Below are positions 47,811 through 57,840 of a DNA stretch of 64,000 nucleotides, piece by piece. The stretch comes from an uncultured delta proteobacterium (GTDB lineage Bacteria; Desulfobacterota; Binatia; Binatales; Binataceae): NCBI GenBank assembly GCA_963842085.1, contig CAWJET010000002.1:960001-1024000 (forward strand), given 5' to 3'. Within the stretch, counting starts at the first letter, position 1. The number at the start of each line of letters is the position of its first letter. A program made the position numbers and the translations under genes. Under the pieces are notes generated by a model. It saw only the letters and a program-made list of their open reading frames with translations. It did no database searches and was not told where the DNA came from.

Positions 47811-47833
47811 GGGTGCAGGGGTCACCCCTGCCC
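47811..47833 (+). repeat. GGGTGCAGGGGTCACCCCTGCCC hairpin repeat, copy 2
   Basis: Direct repeat of copy 1; both are preceded by cttaac plus 3 nt. Confidence 0.75.
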
Positions 47834-47881
47834 AGGGAAGCGTGAAACTCAGGAAGGGTTTCACATTCAATAGAGTGAGTT

Positions 47882-48532
47882 TCAATTCTTCGCCGCGGCT
47901 TTCACCTCCGTCCTCTGATATCGTGGGCGCAGGACTTCCATGACGTGTGCCGGCGCGCGTCCCGCATTTCCGTCGAACGGCGGCTGCGGATCGTATTCGA
48001 TTCCCACCTGGATCGCATGCGCAATCGTGTCGCCCGCGACGCGGCGGACGAGATGCAGCGCCATGTCGATGCCGGCGGAAACTCCAGCCGCGGTGATGAT
48101 CTTGCCGTCCTCGACGATGCGCTCGTTGCGCGGCTCGGCGCCGAACTCGCGCAGCATCTGCAGCCGCGCCCAATGCGTGGTCGCAGGCTTTCCCTGGAGC
48201 AGACCGGCGGCGCCGAGCACCAGCGCTCCCGTGCATACCGACGTTGTCCATTTCGTAGTCGCATCGATTTTGCGCACCCATTCAAGCATGTGCAGCTTCT
48301 GGCGAACCTGCTGCTCGCCGCGCCCGCCCGGCACCACCAGGATGTCGGCGCTGGTGACATCGTCGATTGAATAGTCGGCAACTATGCCGAGCGATTTCGG
48401 ATCGGCGCGTTTGATGCCGGCGGTCTCGCCGACGAACATCACCTCGGCGCCCGGGATTCGACACAGCACCTCGAACGGTCCTATCGCATCGAGTGTGGTC
48501 AAATCGTCGAAAATCAGGAAGGCAATTCGCAT
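47882..48532 (-). CDS. DJ-1/PfpI family protein (isonitrile hydratase-like)
   Basis: LDAIGPFEV, SVCTGAL, ATTHW, TAAGVSAGIDMAL and IEYDPQPPF. Confidence 0.92.
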   Translation of the reverse strand: MRIAFLIFDDLTTLDAIGPFEVLCRIPGAEVMFVGETAGIKRADPKSLGIVADYSIDDVTSADILVVPGGRGEQQVRQKLHMLEWVRKIDATTKWTTSVCTGALVLGAAGLLQGKPATTHWARLQMLREFGAEPRNERIVEDGKIITAAGVSAGIDMALHLVRRVAGDTIAHAIQVGIEYDPQPPFDGNAGRAPAHVMEVLRPRYQRTEVKAAAKN

Positions 48533-48550
48533 GGCGTTCTCCTTTGACTG

Positions 48551-49594
48551 TCAGGCGCTCAGTTTCTGATGAAAGCGGCTGCGATACGCGCTGGGCGGCA
48601 CGTGCAGCATGCGGATAAACGCGCGGCGCATCGATTCGCGCGTGCCGAAGCCGCACGCGGACGCGATCGAATCGACGCCTTCGCCCGATTCTTCCAGGCG
48701 GCGGCGCGCCGCTTCGACGCGCGAGCGCTCGACGAATTGTCCCGGCGTCACTCCGACCTCGCGCGTAAATACGCGGGCAAAATTCCGCGGGCTCATCGCG
48801 GCGCGCCGCGCGAGCGCTTCAACCGAAAGGTCCTCGCCAAGATGATCCGCAATCCATCGCTGCAACTCGCGGATCGGCTCGCGATCCGCAACCTGCGCGC
48901 TGAGTTGTACGGAAAACTGTGACTGCCCGCCGGGGCGGCGCAGGAACATGACCAACTCGCGCGCCACGGCGAGCGCCACGTCGCGGCCGTGGTCTTCCTC
49001 CAGGAGCGCCAGCGCCAAATCGATTCCTGCGGTCACGCCGGCTGAGGTGAATATTTTGCCGGCGCGCACGAAAATCGGATCCGTCTCGACCGTGACCGCC
49101 GGATATTGAGCCGCGAGCCGCTCGCATTGCCGCCAATGAGTGGTCGCCGACAGCCCGTCCAGGAGACCTGCCTCCGCAAGCAAAAATGCTCCCGTGCATA
49201 CCGAGCACAGACGGCGCGTGCGATCGATACTGCCGCGGAGCCACTCGATCAGCGCGCGGTCGCGCAGCGCCGCCGCAGTTCCGCGGCCGCCCGCCACCAG
49301 AATCGTGTCGATATGCCCGCGCACCTGCGCGATCGAGCGGTCTGCGATCAGCCGGATGCCCGATGAAGTCGTGAACGGGCCGGCTTTGGTCCCTACGATC
49401 TCGACGGTGTAAGCAAGAGCGCGCCTGCCGCGCTCTTCGCTCAGCAATCGCGCGGCGCGTCCGAACACTTCGAGCGGGCCGGTGATGTCGATGATCTGTG
49501 CGTCGGGAAAAGCGAGCATGACGATTCGGCGCGTGCGCGGACTCGGCGATGTGCGCGCGGGTCCAGGACGCCATTTGCTCCGTTTCGCCTTCAT
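48551..49594 (-). CDS. GlxA family (DJ-1 + AraC HTH) regulator
   Basis: SVCTGAF, TSAGVTAGIDL, RRPGGQSQFS and MSPRNFARVF. Confidence 0.95.
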   Translation of the reverse strand: MKAKRSKWRPGPARTSPSPRTRRIVMLAFPDAQIIDITGPLEVFGRAARLLSEERGRRALAYTVEIVGTKAGPFTTSSGIRLIADRSIAQVRGHIDTILVAGGRGTAAALRDRALIEWLRGSIDRTRRLCSVCTGAFLLAEAGLLDGLSATTHWRQCERLAAQYPAVTVETDPIFVRAGKIFTSAGVTAGIDLALALLEEDHGRDVALAVARELVMFLRRPGGQSQFSVQLSAQVADREPIRELQRWIADHLGEDLSVEALARRAAMSPRNFARVFTREVGVTPGQFVERSRVEAARRRLEESGEGVDSIASACGFGTRESMRRAFIRMLHVPPSAYRSRFHQKLSA

Positions 49595-49680
49595 GGAACG
49601 GGATTATCCAGCGCGCCGATGGTGGCAGCAATAGATTAGCTGCCACACTTACTGCCAATCGCGGCTACGCGCCGGACATT

Positions 49681-50373
49681 TCAATGATGCGAAGGTTGCG
49701 GCGTCGGCGGCGTTGAAGAGGAGGTCGCCTCCGCCGCTCGTACAGGCAGCGCGTCGCGAAATCCCGGCTGGATAATCAGCAAGCCGATTGCGCGCGAGAG
49801 TGCAACTGACAAGGACTCGGCGGGCTCCGTCTCGAGCGGCAGAAAGACCTCCGCGCCGACGGGATTTGGCGGTTCATTTTCGATCCCGCTGACCTCGCCT
49901 GAGTAAAGCACGGCGCCGTCGCGATTCTTGAGCTCGAACTTAGCGCGCACCACCGCTCTCATCGTGAAGTACTGGCCGTGTATGGTCCAATTCGCTCCGA
50001 ACCGCTTGTTCACTTCGAGCTGCTCGAGCCTGGAGCCAAGGATGAAGTCCGCGCCTTCGGGCGGCTTGCCGTCGTCCGGACTCGAGTCGAGCGCGACCGG
50101 CACCAGCCCGGCGTCGGCCAGTCCCCTGAGCAACGCGGCGTTGAAGGCATCAGCCGCATCGGCGACCGCCAGCGGGGTCTGGACGGTGCCGTCGGCGGCG
50201 TAGATCGCGCCGACCTCGGAATCACCGGCGCCAAAATCTCTGGTCGTGGGAGGCACCGCGATTTTGGCGGGCCGAAATACGTTTTGCGAGCCGGGCACGA
50301 AGCCCGGAAGATAGTGAAGATCGATACGCGTGCGCGGCTTGCATCCGGACATCGCCAGCGCGAGTGCCACCAC
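49681..50373 (-). CDS. Hypothetical lipoprotein
   Basis: ALAMSGC lipobox; soluble alpha/beta domain. Confidence 0.65.
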   Translation of the reverse strand: MVALALAMSGCKPRTRIDLHYLPGFVPGSQNVFRPAKIAVPPTTRDFGAGDSEVGAIYAADGTVQTPLAVADAADAFNAALLRGLADAGLVPVALDSSPDDGKPPEGADFILGSRLEQLEVNKRFGANWTIHGQYFTMRAVVRAKFELKNRDGAVLYSGEVSGIENEPPNPVGAEVFLPLETEPAESLSVALSRAIGLLIIQPGFRDALPVRAAEATSSSTPPTPQPSHH

Positions 50374-50395
50374 CGCGACGCAGTCGCGAATCCTG

Positions 50396-51025
50396 CTACG
50401 ATTGAGGCCGCGACACCGCAGGATGCCGGTCCCTCCACCAAAAGAAGAAGAACGCCAGCGCTACCACGAACGCGCCCAGCCCAATCCATCGCGACGCCTG
50501 ATCCGCCATCATCATTACGCGGTACACCTCGTCGCCAACCAGGTAGCCGATCGTAACGATCAGCGAGCACCATACGATCGCGCCGAGCACGTTCCATCCC
50601 AGGAACTGGAAGAACGGCATCCCGCACGCACCCGCCATCGGCCCCGCCATAAAGCGCGCGCCCGTGATAAATCGCGCCATGAACACCGCCTTGCTGCCGT
50701 GAGTCTGAAAGAACACCTGCAGGCGGTCGTAACGCGTGCGCATGAAGGGAAACGCCGTCGCGAGCCGCACCAGTACTCGCTGTCCGCCGGTGCGGCCGAT
50801 GACGTAGCCGCAACAGTCGCCGGTGACCGCGCTCACGATTACGGCGACATAGACGATTCGCAGATCGAGCAGTGCGCGGCCGGCCAGAAATCCGGCCGCC
50901 AGCATCACGGTTTCCTCAGGCACCGGCACGCCGAGGTTGCCGACGAACACGGCGACGAAGATGCCGAGGTAGCCCCACGTCGCGAGCATCTCCGCGACAT
51001 GCGCGGGGTCGGTTATCCCATGCAT
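50396..51025 (-). CDS. DedA family membrane protein
   Basis: GVPVPEET, GDCCGYVIGR, ARFITGAR and FLGWNVLGAIVW. Confidence 0.92.
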   Translation of the reverse strand: MHGITDPAHVAEMLATWGYLGIFVAVFVGNLGVPVPEETVMLAAGFLAGRALLDLRIVYVAVIVSAVTGDCCGYVIGRTGGQRVLVRLATAFPFMRTRYDRLQVFFQTHGSKAVFMARFITGARFMAGPMAGACGMPFFQFLGWNVLGAIVWCSLIVTIGYLVGDEVYRVMMMADQASRWIGLGAFVVALAFFFFWWRDRHPAVSRPQS

Positions 51026-51361
51026 TGAGAATCCATCGGTCGCGAATTCGGCGCCACTCCCCACCCCCGTCCGAGCCATCTCCAGCTTGCCGGATCGAGT
51101 CTGCCAGCGTAAGAGGCTGTTGGCTAGTCAGGTGCTAAAATGACGCGTCGAAAGCAATATCGTGCTTTGGCGCCGTCATAGGAAAATTGTCCAGCCGATC
51201 GTCGCGAGCGTCACGAGCGCGCCGAGCAAAGCACCGTAGTCTCGATATGCGATCGTGACACGCTGCTTCCCCGGCGGCACGCGCACTCCGATGAGTCCAT
51301 TTTCGTTGACGACAGCGCCTGTTCCGGCAACAACCCCAAGCTCGCCAAACTCGAACGCTGA

Positions 51362-53539
51362 CTACCGATTGCCCAGCGATAGCAAATCCGATCGGCGGTA
51401 GAGTTGGATTCCGCCTGAGTCGAAGATGCGCTCGTAGCCGGCGGGCGGAAACGCGAGCGGACCCGGAGGCGCAATTTCCTCGAGAATATATGGAGGGCGT
51501 TTGCTCAGCTCGTCGTCGAGATGTACTACTGCGCGCGCGCGGCTGCCGACAAGGAACATCGGCCACTCTGACTCGGGCGGCTGAAGTACTACCGGATCAT
51601 CGTCAATTCCGGTAAAGACCGAGAAACGGGCCCATCTCTCGGATGGACTGACATTACGCACGAGATGCAGGATGTGCGTGCTCGGCGTGATTCGCCCGGC
51701 GCGAACTTCTTCGAGCAGCAGCAGGTTCAGGCGTGACTCGACCGGGTCAAATGTCCAACGCGAGTCGGAGGTCCCGGTCCAATAGCCATTGCTGACGATG
51801 CTGAAATCAACCATCCAATTTTCGCCGATAGAATGCTCGTGCGTGTAGTAGTCGATTCCAGTCTTGCGTGGCGGCGCAAGGATTAGGCTGGCGAGCAGTA
51901 CGCTTGCCAGGAAAGCCTTGGGAACAAGCTCGCAGAGCAGCGCGATAAAGCGCGCGGCCGGAAACACCAGCACGAAAGGCATCCAGTAGTCGGCGATTTT
52001 CCGCGTTAACTCGAACGTTGCGAAGTTCATTGCCGGCGAAGAAGTGAGCGGAACATTCGTCAGTATTCGAATGATCGCAAATGGAGGCAGCAGCATCGCC
52101 GCGATCACGCAGATTCGACTCACGCCGCCGACCGATGGAGGAATTGAGATCAGGGCCAGAAGCCCCGCGACCGCAAGCATCCCCAACACCGGAAAATTTC
52201 CCGGCACTTCGCCAAATAGCGATCCGGAGCCCGTAATCGCATCGTACCCGATAGCGAGTGTCTCGACGAGAAGCAAAAGGCGCAAACAGGTGTTCACCCC
52301 CCGCGGCTCGGCGGCGCCTTTGCACGGAATCAACCGCGTTGCTCCGTAGATTACCAGCCCGGCACCGACGGCCTCGAACAAAACCAGAAGCGGCACCGGT
52401 ACGACGGTTGCGCTGGCAATGAAGAATTCGGGGGCGCCGAACAATACCGCGCCACTCAGGCATAAGACTCCGGCCTTGAAGCGGGGGACGTCGCGCGCGA
52501 GCAACCATGAGCCGGCCGCCACCAGCGCCACCCCAAGGGCCAGCGCGCCGTCAATCGCATGCGAGGGCAAAGCCGCCCCAAGCATAAGCGCGCCGGAAGC
52601 CATCAGGATTCGATTGCGGCGCGGATCGATAAACAATGCCAGCCCAAGCGCAGCCAATACGAAAGCGACCGCGGTGCCGCGCATTCCTTCGGCCCAGCGA
52701 AATATCGTCGTGAGAAACAGCAAGAGTGCGGCGGCTCCGCCGGCCGTGTCGTCGAACAGGGCTACGCCTAGGCGATAGGTCGCCAGGATGGTCAACGCCC
52801 CGATTGGAAAGATCAGAGTGCTTTCAGCCACGGCTGCTAGCCGCGTGAACGATCCCAGCCCTAGAAAAGCGTAGAAGAGCTCGAGCGCCGGCTGCTGAAC
52901 GTTCGGTCCCCAGATTCCGTAGGGATCATTATCGAACGGTAAGTACACCCCGAAGGTGAGCACGCGCTGCGCGGAGGCCGGCCACGACAACACATCCATG
53001 TACGGAGCGACGGGAGACGCAAGCTGAAGCGGAATGAGTGAAACCGCAGCCAGACCGATCGCGATCAGTGCGAGCCCAAGTCCGAAGCTGGGACGATCGA
53101 GTACTCGCCCCGGGCGGTCGCGCCACAGATAGATGGTCCCAGCAAGTCCCAAAACCCAAAGCAGCGATGCGCGAAATAATCCGATCGGCCCGAGCGCCGT
53201 CCCGAGGAAATAAGCCAGTACCCATACTCCGGCCGCTCCGATCAGCCCGCAATCCAATCGGCCAATCTTCGGATCGAGCTTGTGGACAACGATCGCGATC
53301 AGAACTGCCCACCATGCCCAGAATGCCCACACTCGTACGGCCGCTGCTCCGGTGACTGGCAGTAGTCGTACGATCGCTGACACCGCTGCGTCCAAGTCTC
53401 GCGGAAATGGAAAGTTACGAAGCTCGTAGATAGCAAGCGCCGAGAATACAAAGGCCGCGGCAGCTGCTACGACCAGGGGATCTCGGCTGACGCTCCGAAC
53501 ATCTGCATGGAAACGGCTAGACTGCACTCGCATCACCAT
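51362..53539 (-). CDS. Polytopic membrane protein, GT-C-like, paralog 1
   Basis: More than 13 TM segments; loop motif MDVLSWP..AQRVLTF.VYLPFDNDPYG.WGP..PALELFYA; soluble C-terminal domain. Confidence 0.6.
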   Translation of the reverse strand: MVMRVQSSRFHADVRSVSRDPLVVAAAAAFVFSALAIYELRNFPFPRDLDAAVSAIVRLLPVTGAAAVRVWAFWAWWAVLIAIVVHKLDPKIGRLDCGLIGAAGVWVLAYFLGTALGPIGLFRASLLWVLGLAGTIYLWRDRPGRVLDRPSFGLGLALIAIGLAAVSLIPLQLASPVAPYMDVLSWPASAQRVLTFGVYLPFDNDPYGIWGPNVQQPALELFYAFLGLGSFTRLAAVAESTLIFPIGALTILATYRLGVALFDDTAGGAAALLLFLTTIFRWAEGMRGTAVAFVLAALGLALFIDPRRNRILMASGALMLGAALPSHAIDGALALGVALVAAGSWLLARDVPRFKAGVLCLSGAVLFGAPEFFIASATVVPVPLLVLFEAVGAGLVIYGATRLIPCKGAAEPRGVNTCLRLLLLVETLAIGYDAITGSGSLFGEVPGNFPVLGMLAVAGLLALISIPPSVGGVSRICVIAAMLLPPFAIIRILTNVPLTSSPAMNFATFELTRKIADYWMPFVLVFPAARFIALLCELVPKAFLASVLLASLILAPPRKTGIDYYTHEHSIGENWMVDFSIVSNGYWTGTSDSRWTFDPVESRLNLLLLEEVRAGRITPSTHILHLVRNVSPSERWARFSVFTGIDDDPVVLQPPESEWPMFLVGSRARAVVHLDDELSKRPPYILEEIAPPGPLAFPPAGYERIFDSGGIQLYRRSDLLSLGNR

Positions 53540-53540
53540 C

Positions 53541-55784
53541 TCAAGGCCGGCGCCGACGCATGACAATGATGATTCCGATGATCGAGGCGATAGCTAGCAG
53601 GTTATTATAGATGAAGTGAGAATGTGCAGGCGTCGCTGTGAGATCGTGGCGGCGATAGAGCCGGATATATCCACTGGTGAGGATCAAGTCGTAGCCGGCC
53701 GGCGGATCGCCGAGCGGGGGACGCGGCGGCACCTGCTCGAGAATATACGGCGGACGCGCCGCCAGCGCGGCCGGAAGATCCGGGAGCCCGCCTACGCGGC
53801 TTCCGCCCTCCCACAGATTGTTGGCATCGTGGTTATATTCGAGCGGATCGTCGTTGATTCCGGTCAGCACCGGGAACTGGACCAGCGACCACGACGAGAT
53901 GTCGTTGCAGATGTGCAGTATGTGCGTAGCGGTCGTAATACGGCCGGCGCGGATCTCTTCCTGCAGCTTGGCTATGAGTGGCATCTCCTCGTTGCCGAAT
54001 GTCCAGCGCCGATCGGAATGGCCAGACCAATAGCCATCGGCAGCGGTTTGCAGATTGAAGGCCCATTGCTCGGTTATCGAATGCTCGACCGAATCATAGT
54101 CGACGGGATCTTTAATCTGGTTCCACGGGTAGATCAGAACAGTCAGCAGCGCGAAGAACGTGGCCGGCTTCGACCAGCGGTCGTAGGCAACCGAGAAAAG
54201 AAATCCTGCCGGCAGCGTCAGGAAATAGGGGATCCAATAGTCCCAGAGCTTGATCCTCAAATCGGAGACCATCATGCCGGTCGTCGCGCTATGCGAGATC
54301 GGGCGCAGGATCGCATCCAGATATTCGCCGACGATTCCCAGCGAAAGCGCGACCACCACGATCGCCGCATAAGGCATCGCGGATGCCCCCTCGCCGTAAA
54401 TAGTTCCGGCCGCCCCGACCAGCCCCGCGAAGCAGAACAGCGTGAGCATCGGCAGGTTTCCCGCGACCTGAGCATAGAGCGAGTAGGGCTCGACCGCATG
54501 CCGATAGAGCACCGCCAGGATGAACACGGCGATCAGCGCCACATTGAGGCCGCGCAGCCGTGCGCGATCGCGAGTCGGTGAATCGTCGCGGAGCCGATTG
54601 ACGCCCGCGACGATCAGAACAACGCCCGCGATCAGGCATAGCGGCAGAATCGGGTACCGAAGCGGCCGAGCCATGCCGATCGCAAATTCGGGCAGAGCCA
54701 TCAGAGTCGCCCCCGCCAGACTCATCATTCCGGCCTCGACGCGCTGGAAATCGCCTTCCAGGATCCAGAAGAGCAGCGCGGCCGACGCCGCCACCATCGC
54801 GAAGCCGCCGTCGATCGCGTGCGCGGCAACCGCGGTCCCGAGCATCGCGGCTCCCAGCGCCATCAACAGGCGCCGCCGTCCCGGATCGAGAAAGAAGGCG
54901 AGCCCCAGTCCGAGCAATGCGAAATCGATCGCCGTCCCGCGCATCCCCTGCGCGCGCCGCAGGAGGCAGGTCGAAAAGATAAACAGCGCGGCGACTCCGC
55001 CAGCGGTGTCGTTGAAAAGTGTCTTGCCGAGCCGGTAGGTCGCGAAGAATAGCAGCCCACTCATTGGGACCATCGCGGCGGTCTCGGCCAGAGTCGCGAA
55101 GCGGGCGTGACTTCCCAGCGCGAGTAGCGCGTAAAACAGTTCGAGCGCAGGCGTCTGCGCGTACGGCCCCCAGCATCCGTATGGATCGTTGTCAAACGGC
55201 AGATAGACGTGAAAGGTAAGGATGCGCTGCGCCGATGACGGATACGAAAGCACGTCCATGAACGGCGGTACCGGCGAGCCAAGTTGCAGCGGCAAGTACG
55301 ATATGGCAAGCAACGCGGTCGCGAGTGCCGCCAGCTTCTGGCCCGAGGTCCACGCTCCAAGCTTTATTGTCGGCGGACTCCGCCACAGGTACGCGCTGCC
55401 GAGCGCAAGCAATCCCCACACCGTAGGCGTGTTGTACAGGCCGATCGGACCGAGCAAGTTGCCAAGTAGGTAGGCGAGAACCCAAAGCCCGCCCGCTCCG
55501 GCCAGCAGTGCGTCGGAAAACTCCAGCTCACTGTCAAGCTTGAGCGCAAATCCAGCCAGTATCGCCGCACTCCACGCCCAGAAAATCCAGACTTTGAGAG
55601 CGGCCCATGCGGTGACCGGAAGGACCGCGCGTATACCTGCATATGCGGCGCTCCAACTCAGATGGTAGGGAAAATCGCGCAGGCGATGGATCGCCAGCAA
55701 GGTCACGATCGCAAGGCCGAGCCAGACCGCGATCCATTGGCGACGGTCGCCGCGTTCGCCTAGTTTTGCGCTTCCTTCCGCCAA
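53541..55784 (-). CDS. Polytopic membrane protein, GT-C-like, paralog 2
   Basis: Same loop motif (MDVLSYP..AQRILTF.VYLPFDNDPYG.WGP), GMRGTA, HAIDG and EHSI.E.W as paralog 1. Confidence 0.6.
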   Translation of the reverse strand: MAEGSAKLGERGDRRQWIAVWLGLAIVTLLAIHRLRDFPYHLSWSAAYAGIRAVLPVTAWAALKVWIFWAWSAAILAGFALKLDSELEFSDALLAGAGGLWVLAYLLGNLLGPIGLYNTPTVWGLLALGSAYLWRSPPTIKLGAWTSGQKLAALATALLAISYLPLQLGSPVPPFMDVLSYPSSAQRILTFHVYLPFDNDPYGCWGPYAQTPALELFYALLALGSHARFATLAETAAMVPMSGLLFFATYRLGKTLFNDTAGGVAALFIFSTCLLRRAQGMRGTAIDFALLGLGLAFFLDPGRRRLLMALGAAMLGTAVAAHAIDGGFAMVAASAALLFWILEGDFQRVEAGMMSLAGATLMALPEFAIGMARPLRYPILPLCLIAGVVLIVAGVNRLRDDSPTRDRARLRGLNVALIAVFILAVLYRHAVEPYSLYAQVAGNLPMLTLFCFAGLVGAAGTIYGEGASAMPYAAIVVVALSLGIVGEYLDAILRPISHSATTGMMVSDLRIKLWDYWIPYFLTLPAGFLFSVAYDRWSKPATFFALLTVLIYPWNQIKDPVDYDSVEHSITEQWAFNLQTAADGYWSGHSDRRWTFGNEEMPLIAKLQEEIRAGRITTATHILHICNDISSWSLVQFPVLTGINDDPLEYNHDANNLWEGGSRVGGLPDLPAALAARPPYILEQVPPRPPLGDPPAGYDLILTSGYIRLYRRHDLTATPAHSHFIYNNLLAIASIIGIIIVMRRRRP

Positions 55785-57736
55785 ATCAGGATCAACGCCG
55801 CCAGCGCGGCAATTGTGAGTCCGAATGCTAACAGGATGCGCTCGGGCGCGTACACCAGCTCGATTTGCTGGCGACCCAGCGGGAGGCGGACCGCGATCAG
55901 TCCGTTTTCGGCGTAGAGTTGGCCTGCGCCACTAGCAGGTTGCGGAAAAACTCAATGAAAGACGATTTCGGCGAAGAGTAAGCATTACTACGATCACGAG
56001 AATGCGTCTTGGATCAATGTCATCAGGAGTCAAAAACCCTTTTTCCGCAACCTGCTAGTCAGGCGCCATCCCGGATAATAGTTCTGGTTCACAACCAACG
56101 AGGTCGCCGCCTGAACGTTGACCTCATACCGGAGACGATTTGGTGTCCACAGCGTTTGGCTGACCGTACCCGCGTCCAGCAGGTAGTACTCACCTCGATA
56201 CCCAGGCTGATTGTATCCAAGTGGATTTTCCGGAATGTCGCAGTATCCGTATCCCTGGCAATTCACCGATCCCATATTGGCTTGCGAAATTTCAGTCTGG
56301 ATGCCGGGGTTTCCCACCCAGTACTGACGGAAGTCGGGCGAGTAGGCGACTTGGCGGATGTCGCCCTGAAACAGATATCGAAGATTGGGAGCGCCGACCA
56401 GCCAATTATCGACGATGCCGATAGTAATCAACACTACAGCGGTCCGGCGGCCCCACGATCCGAACCTCGAACATAGGAAATCAGTTCCGTGAGCGGCGAC
56501 CACTCCGGCGCAGAATACGAACGGAATAAGGTATCGTCCCGTGAGCCCAGCGCTCTGCGAAAGCGGCAGATGGCGCAACAGCAGCACTGCGGAGTGGTCG
56601 CCCGTGAAACCCCGCGTGAAGGACAGGAATATAAAGGCGGGCAGCACCCACGGCAGCGTTCTAAGTGGACGGCTGAAGAGACCGACGACCGCTAGCGCGG
56701 CGAAGGCGATCGAAATGTACGCACCATATTCGGCAAATAGAAATTCCGCCCCGCTGGGTCGGTAAAGGTCCTGGTGGCGCGAAAAAAGGAAGCCCGAAAT
56801 CATTCGTGCGGAAATGAATTCCAGCCCGAACGGGTGCTTTGGATAGATCGTGAGCTGCTGCGCCATCGGCAGCAGTTTCAACGCGCCGAATCCGAGACCA
56901 AACAATCCGATGACCAGTCCATAGATGAGCGGCCAGACGCTTCGATTGAGCAGCGTGAGCATCAACGCGACCGACCCGATAATGATCGCACTATACAGAA
57001 ACGTGTAGTTCCCTTCGGTCAGCGTCAACGCGCAAATGAAACCGCCCATCGCGGCAGGAAGAAATTTCCGGCGCTCAATCGAAATCAGCAGCAGCGCGCC
57101 GATCCATGGAAAGTATAACGCACGAAGGAAATTAAGATGACCGACGGAGAGATGAAGGTAGATCCACGAACTCGCGGGAAAAACCGCCGCACTGACTATT
57201 GCCGCGACCCGCCCCAGTCCCAGCTCGCGCCCGAGCACATAGCCACCGGCGAATCCAATCGCGAGGTGGCCGACAATCTCGATGTACAATCCCGCATACT
57301 GGCCGAATAGCAGGTACGGGAGCAAAGACGGGCTGACCACCATTGACTCGGGATTGCTCAACATCCCCATTCCGCCGCACTTGTATGGATTCCAGAACGG
57401 CAATTGATGGAAGTGAGTAATGGTGTAGTACGGAACCCATCGAAGTTGCGTAAACAGATCCCAGTCGCCGTTGGCGGGAAAGCGGCCGAGATGACTGAAT
57501 AACGGCCCCGTCGCTATCCACCCGGAAACCCCAGGTCCCAGGTACACCACCTCACACAACATCGGGTACGAGAACACGATCGAAAATGTGAGCGAGCCGA
57601 CGACCAGCCACGCGGCTTCGCGCCGGGTCATCGACTGAAACCATCCGTTCCTAGTGCGAACCAAAGCCTCCGCCGCAGTCATTCGGAACATATCTACGCA
57701 AATCACTGAAAGAATTAGATGTCGCGCAATAGTCAT
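55760..57736 (-). pseudogene. YfhO-like GT-C membrane protein interrupted near its 3' end by a MITE
   Basis: PFWNPYKCGG..SNP and NQNYYPGW motifs; removing the insertion restores the frame ...GWRLTS-GAGQLYAENGLIAVRLP...C-terminal TM..WRKEAQN-stop at 55760. Confidence 0.75.
55936..56054. mobile_element. 119-bp non-autonomous MITE (IS5/IS1182-like ends)
   Basis: Perfect 15-bp TIR CAGGTTGCGGAAAAA / TTTTTCCGCAACCTG; CTAG duplicated at 55932-55935 and 56055-56058. Confidence 0.9.
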
Positions 57737-57840
57737 GCGCGATGCGGGCAGGCATGATCAGAAGCGGTCGCTCCGATCTCAACGGCGACCGATGCCCCGG
57801 TGCCTTTATTGCCGATGGGCTGTTCGCGAGCGCGCCCATT

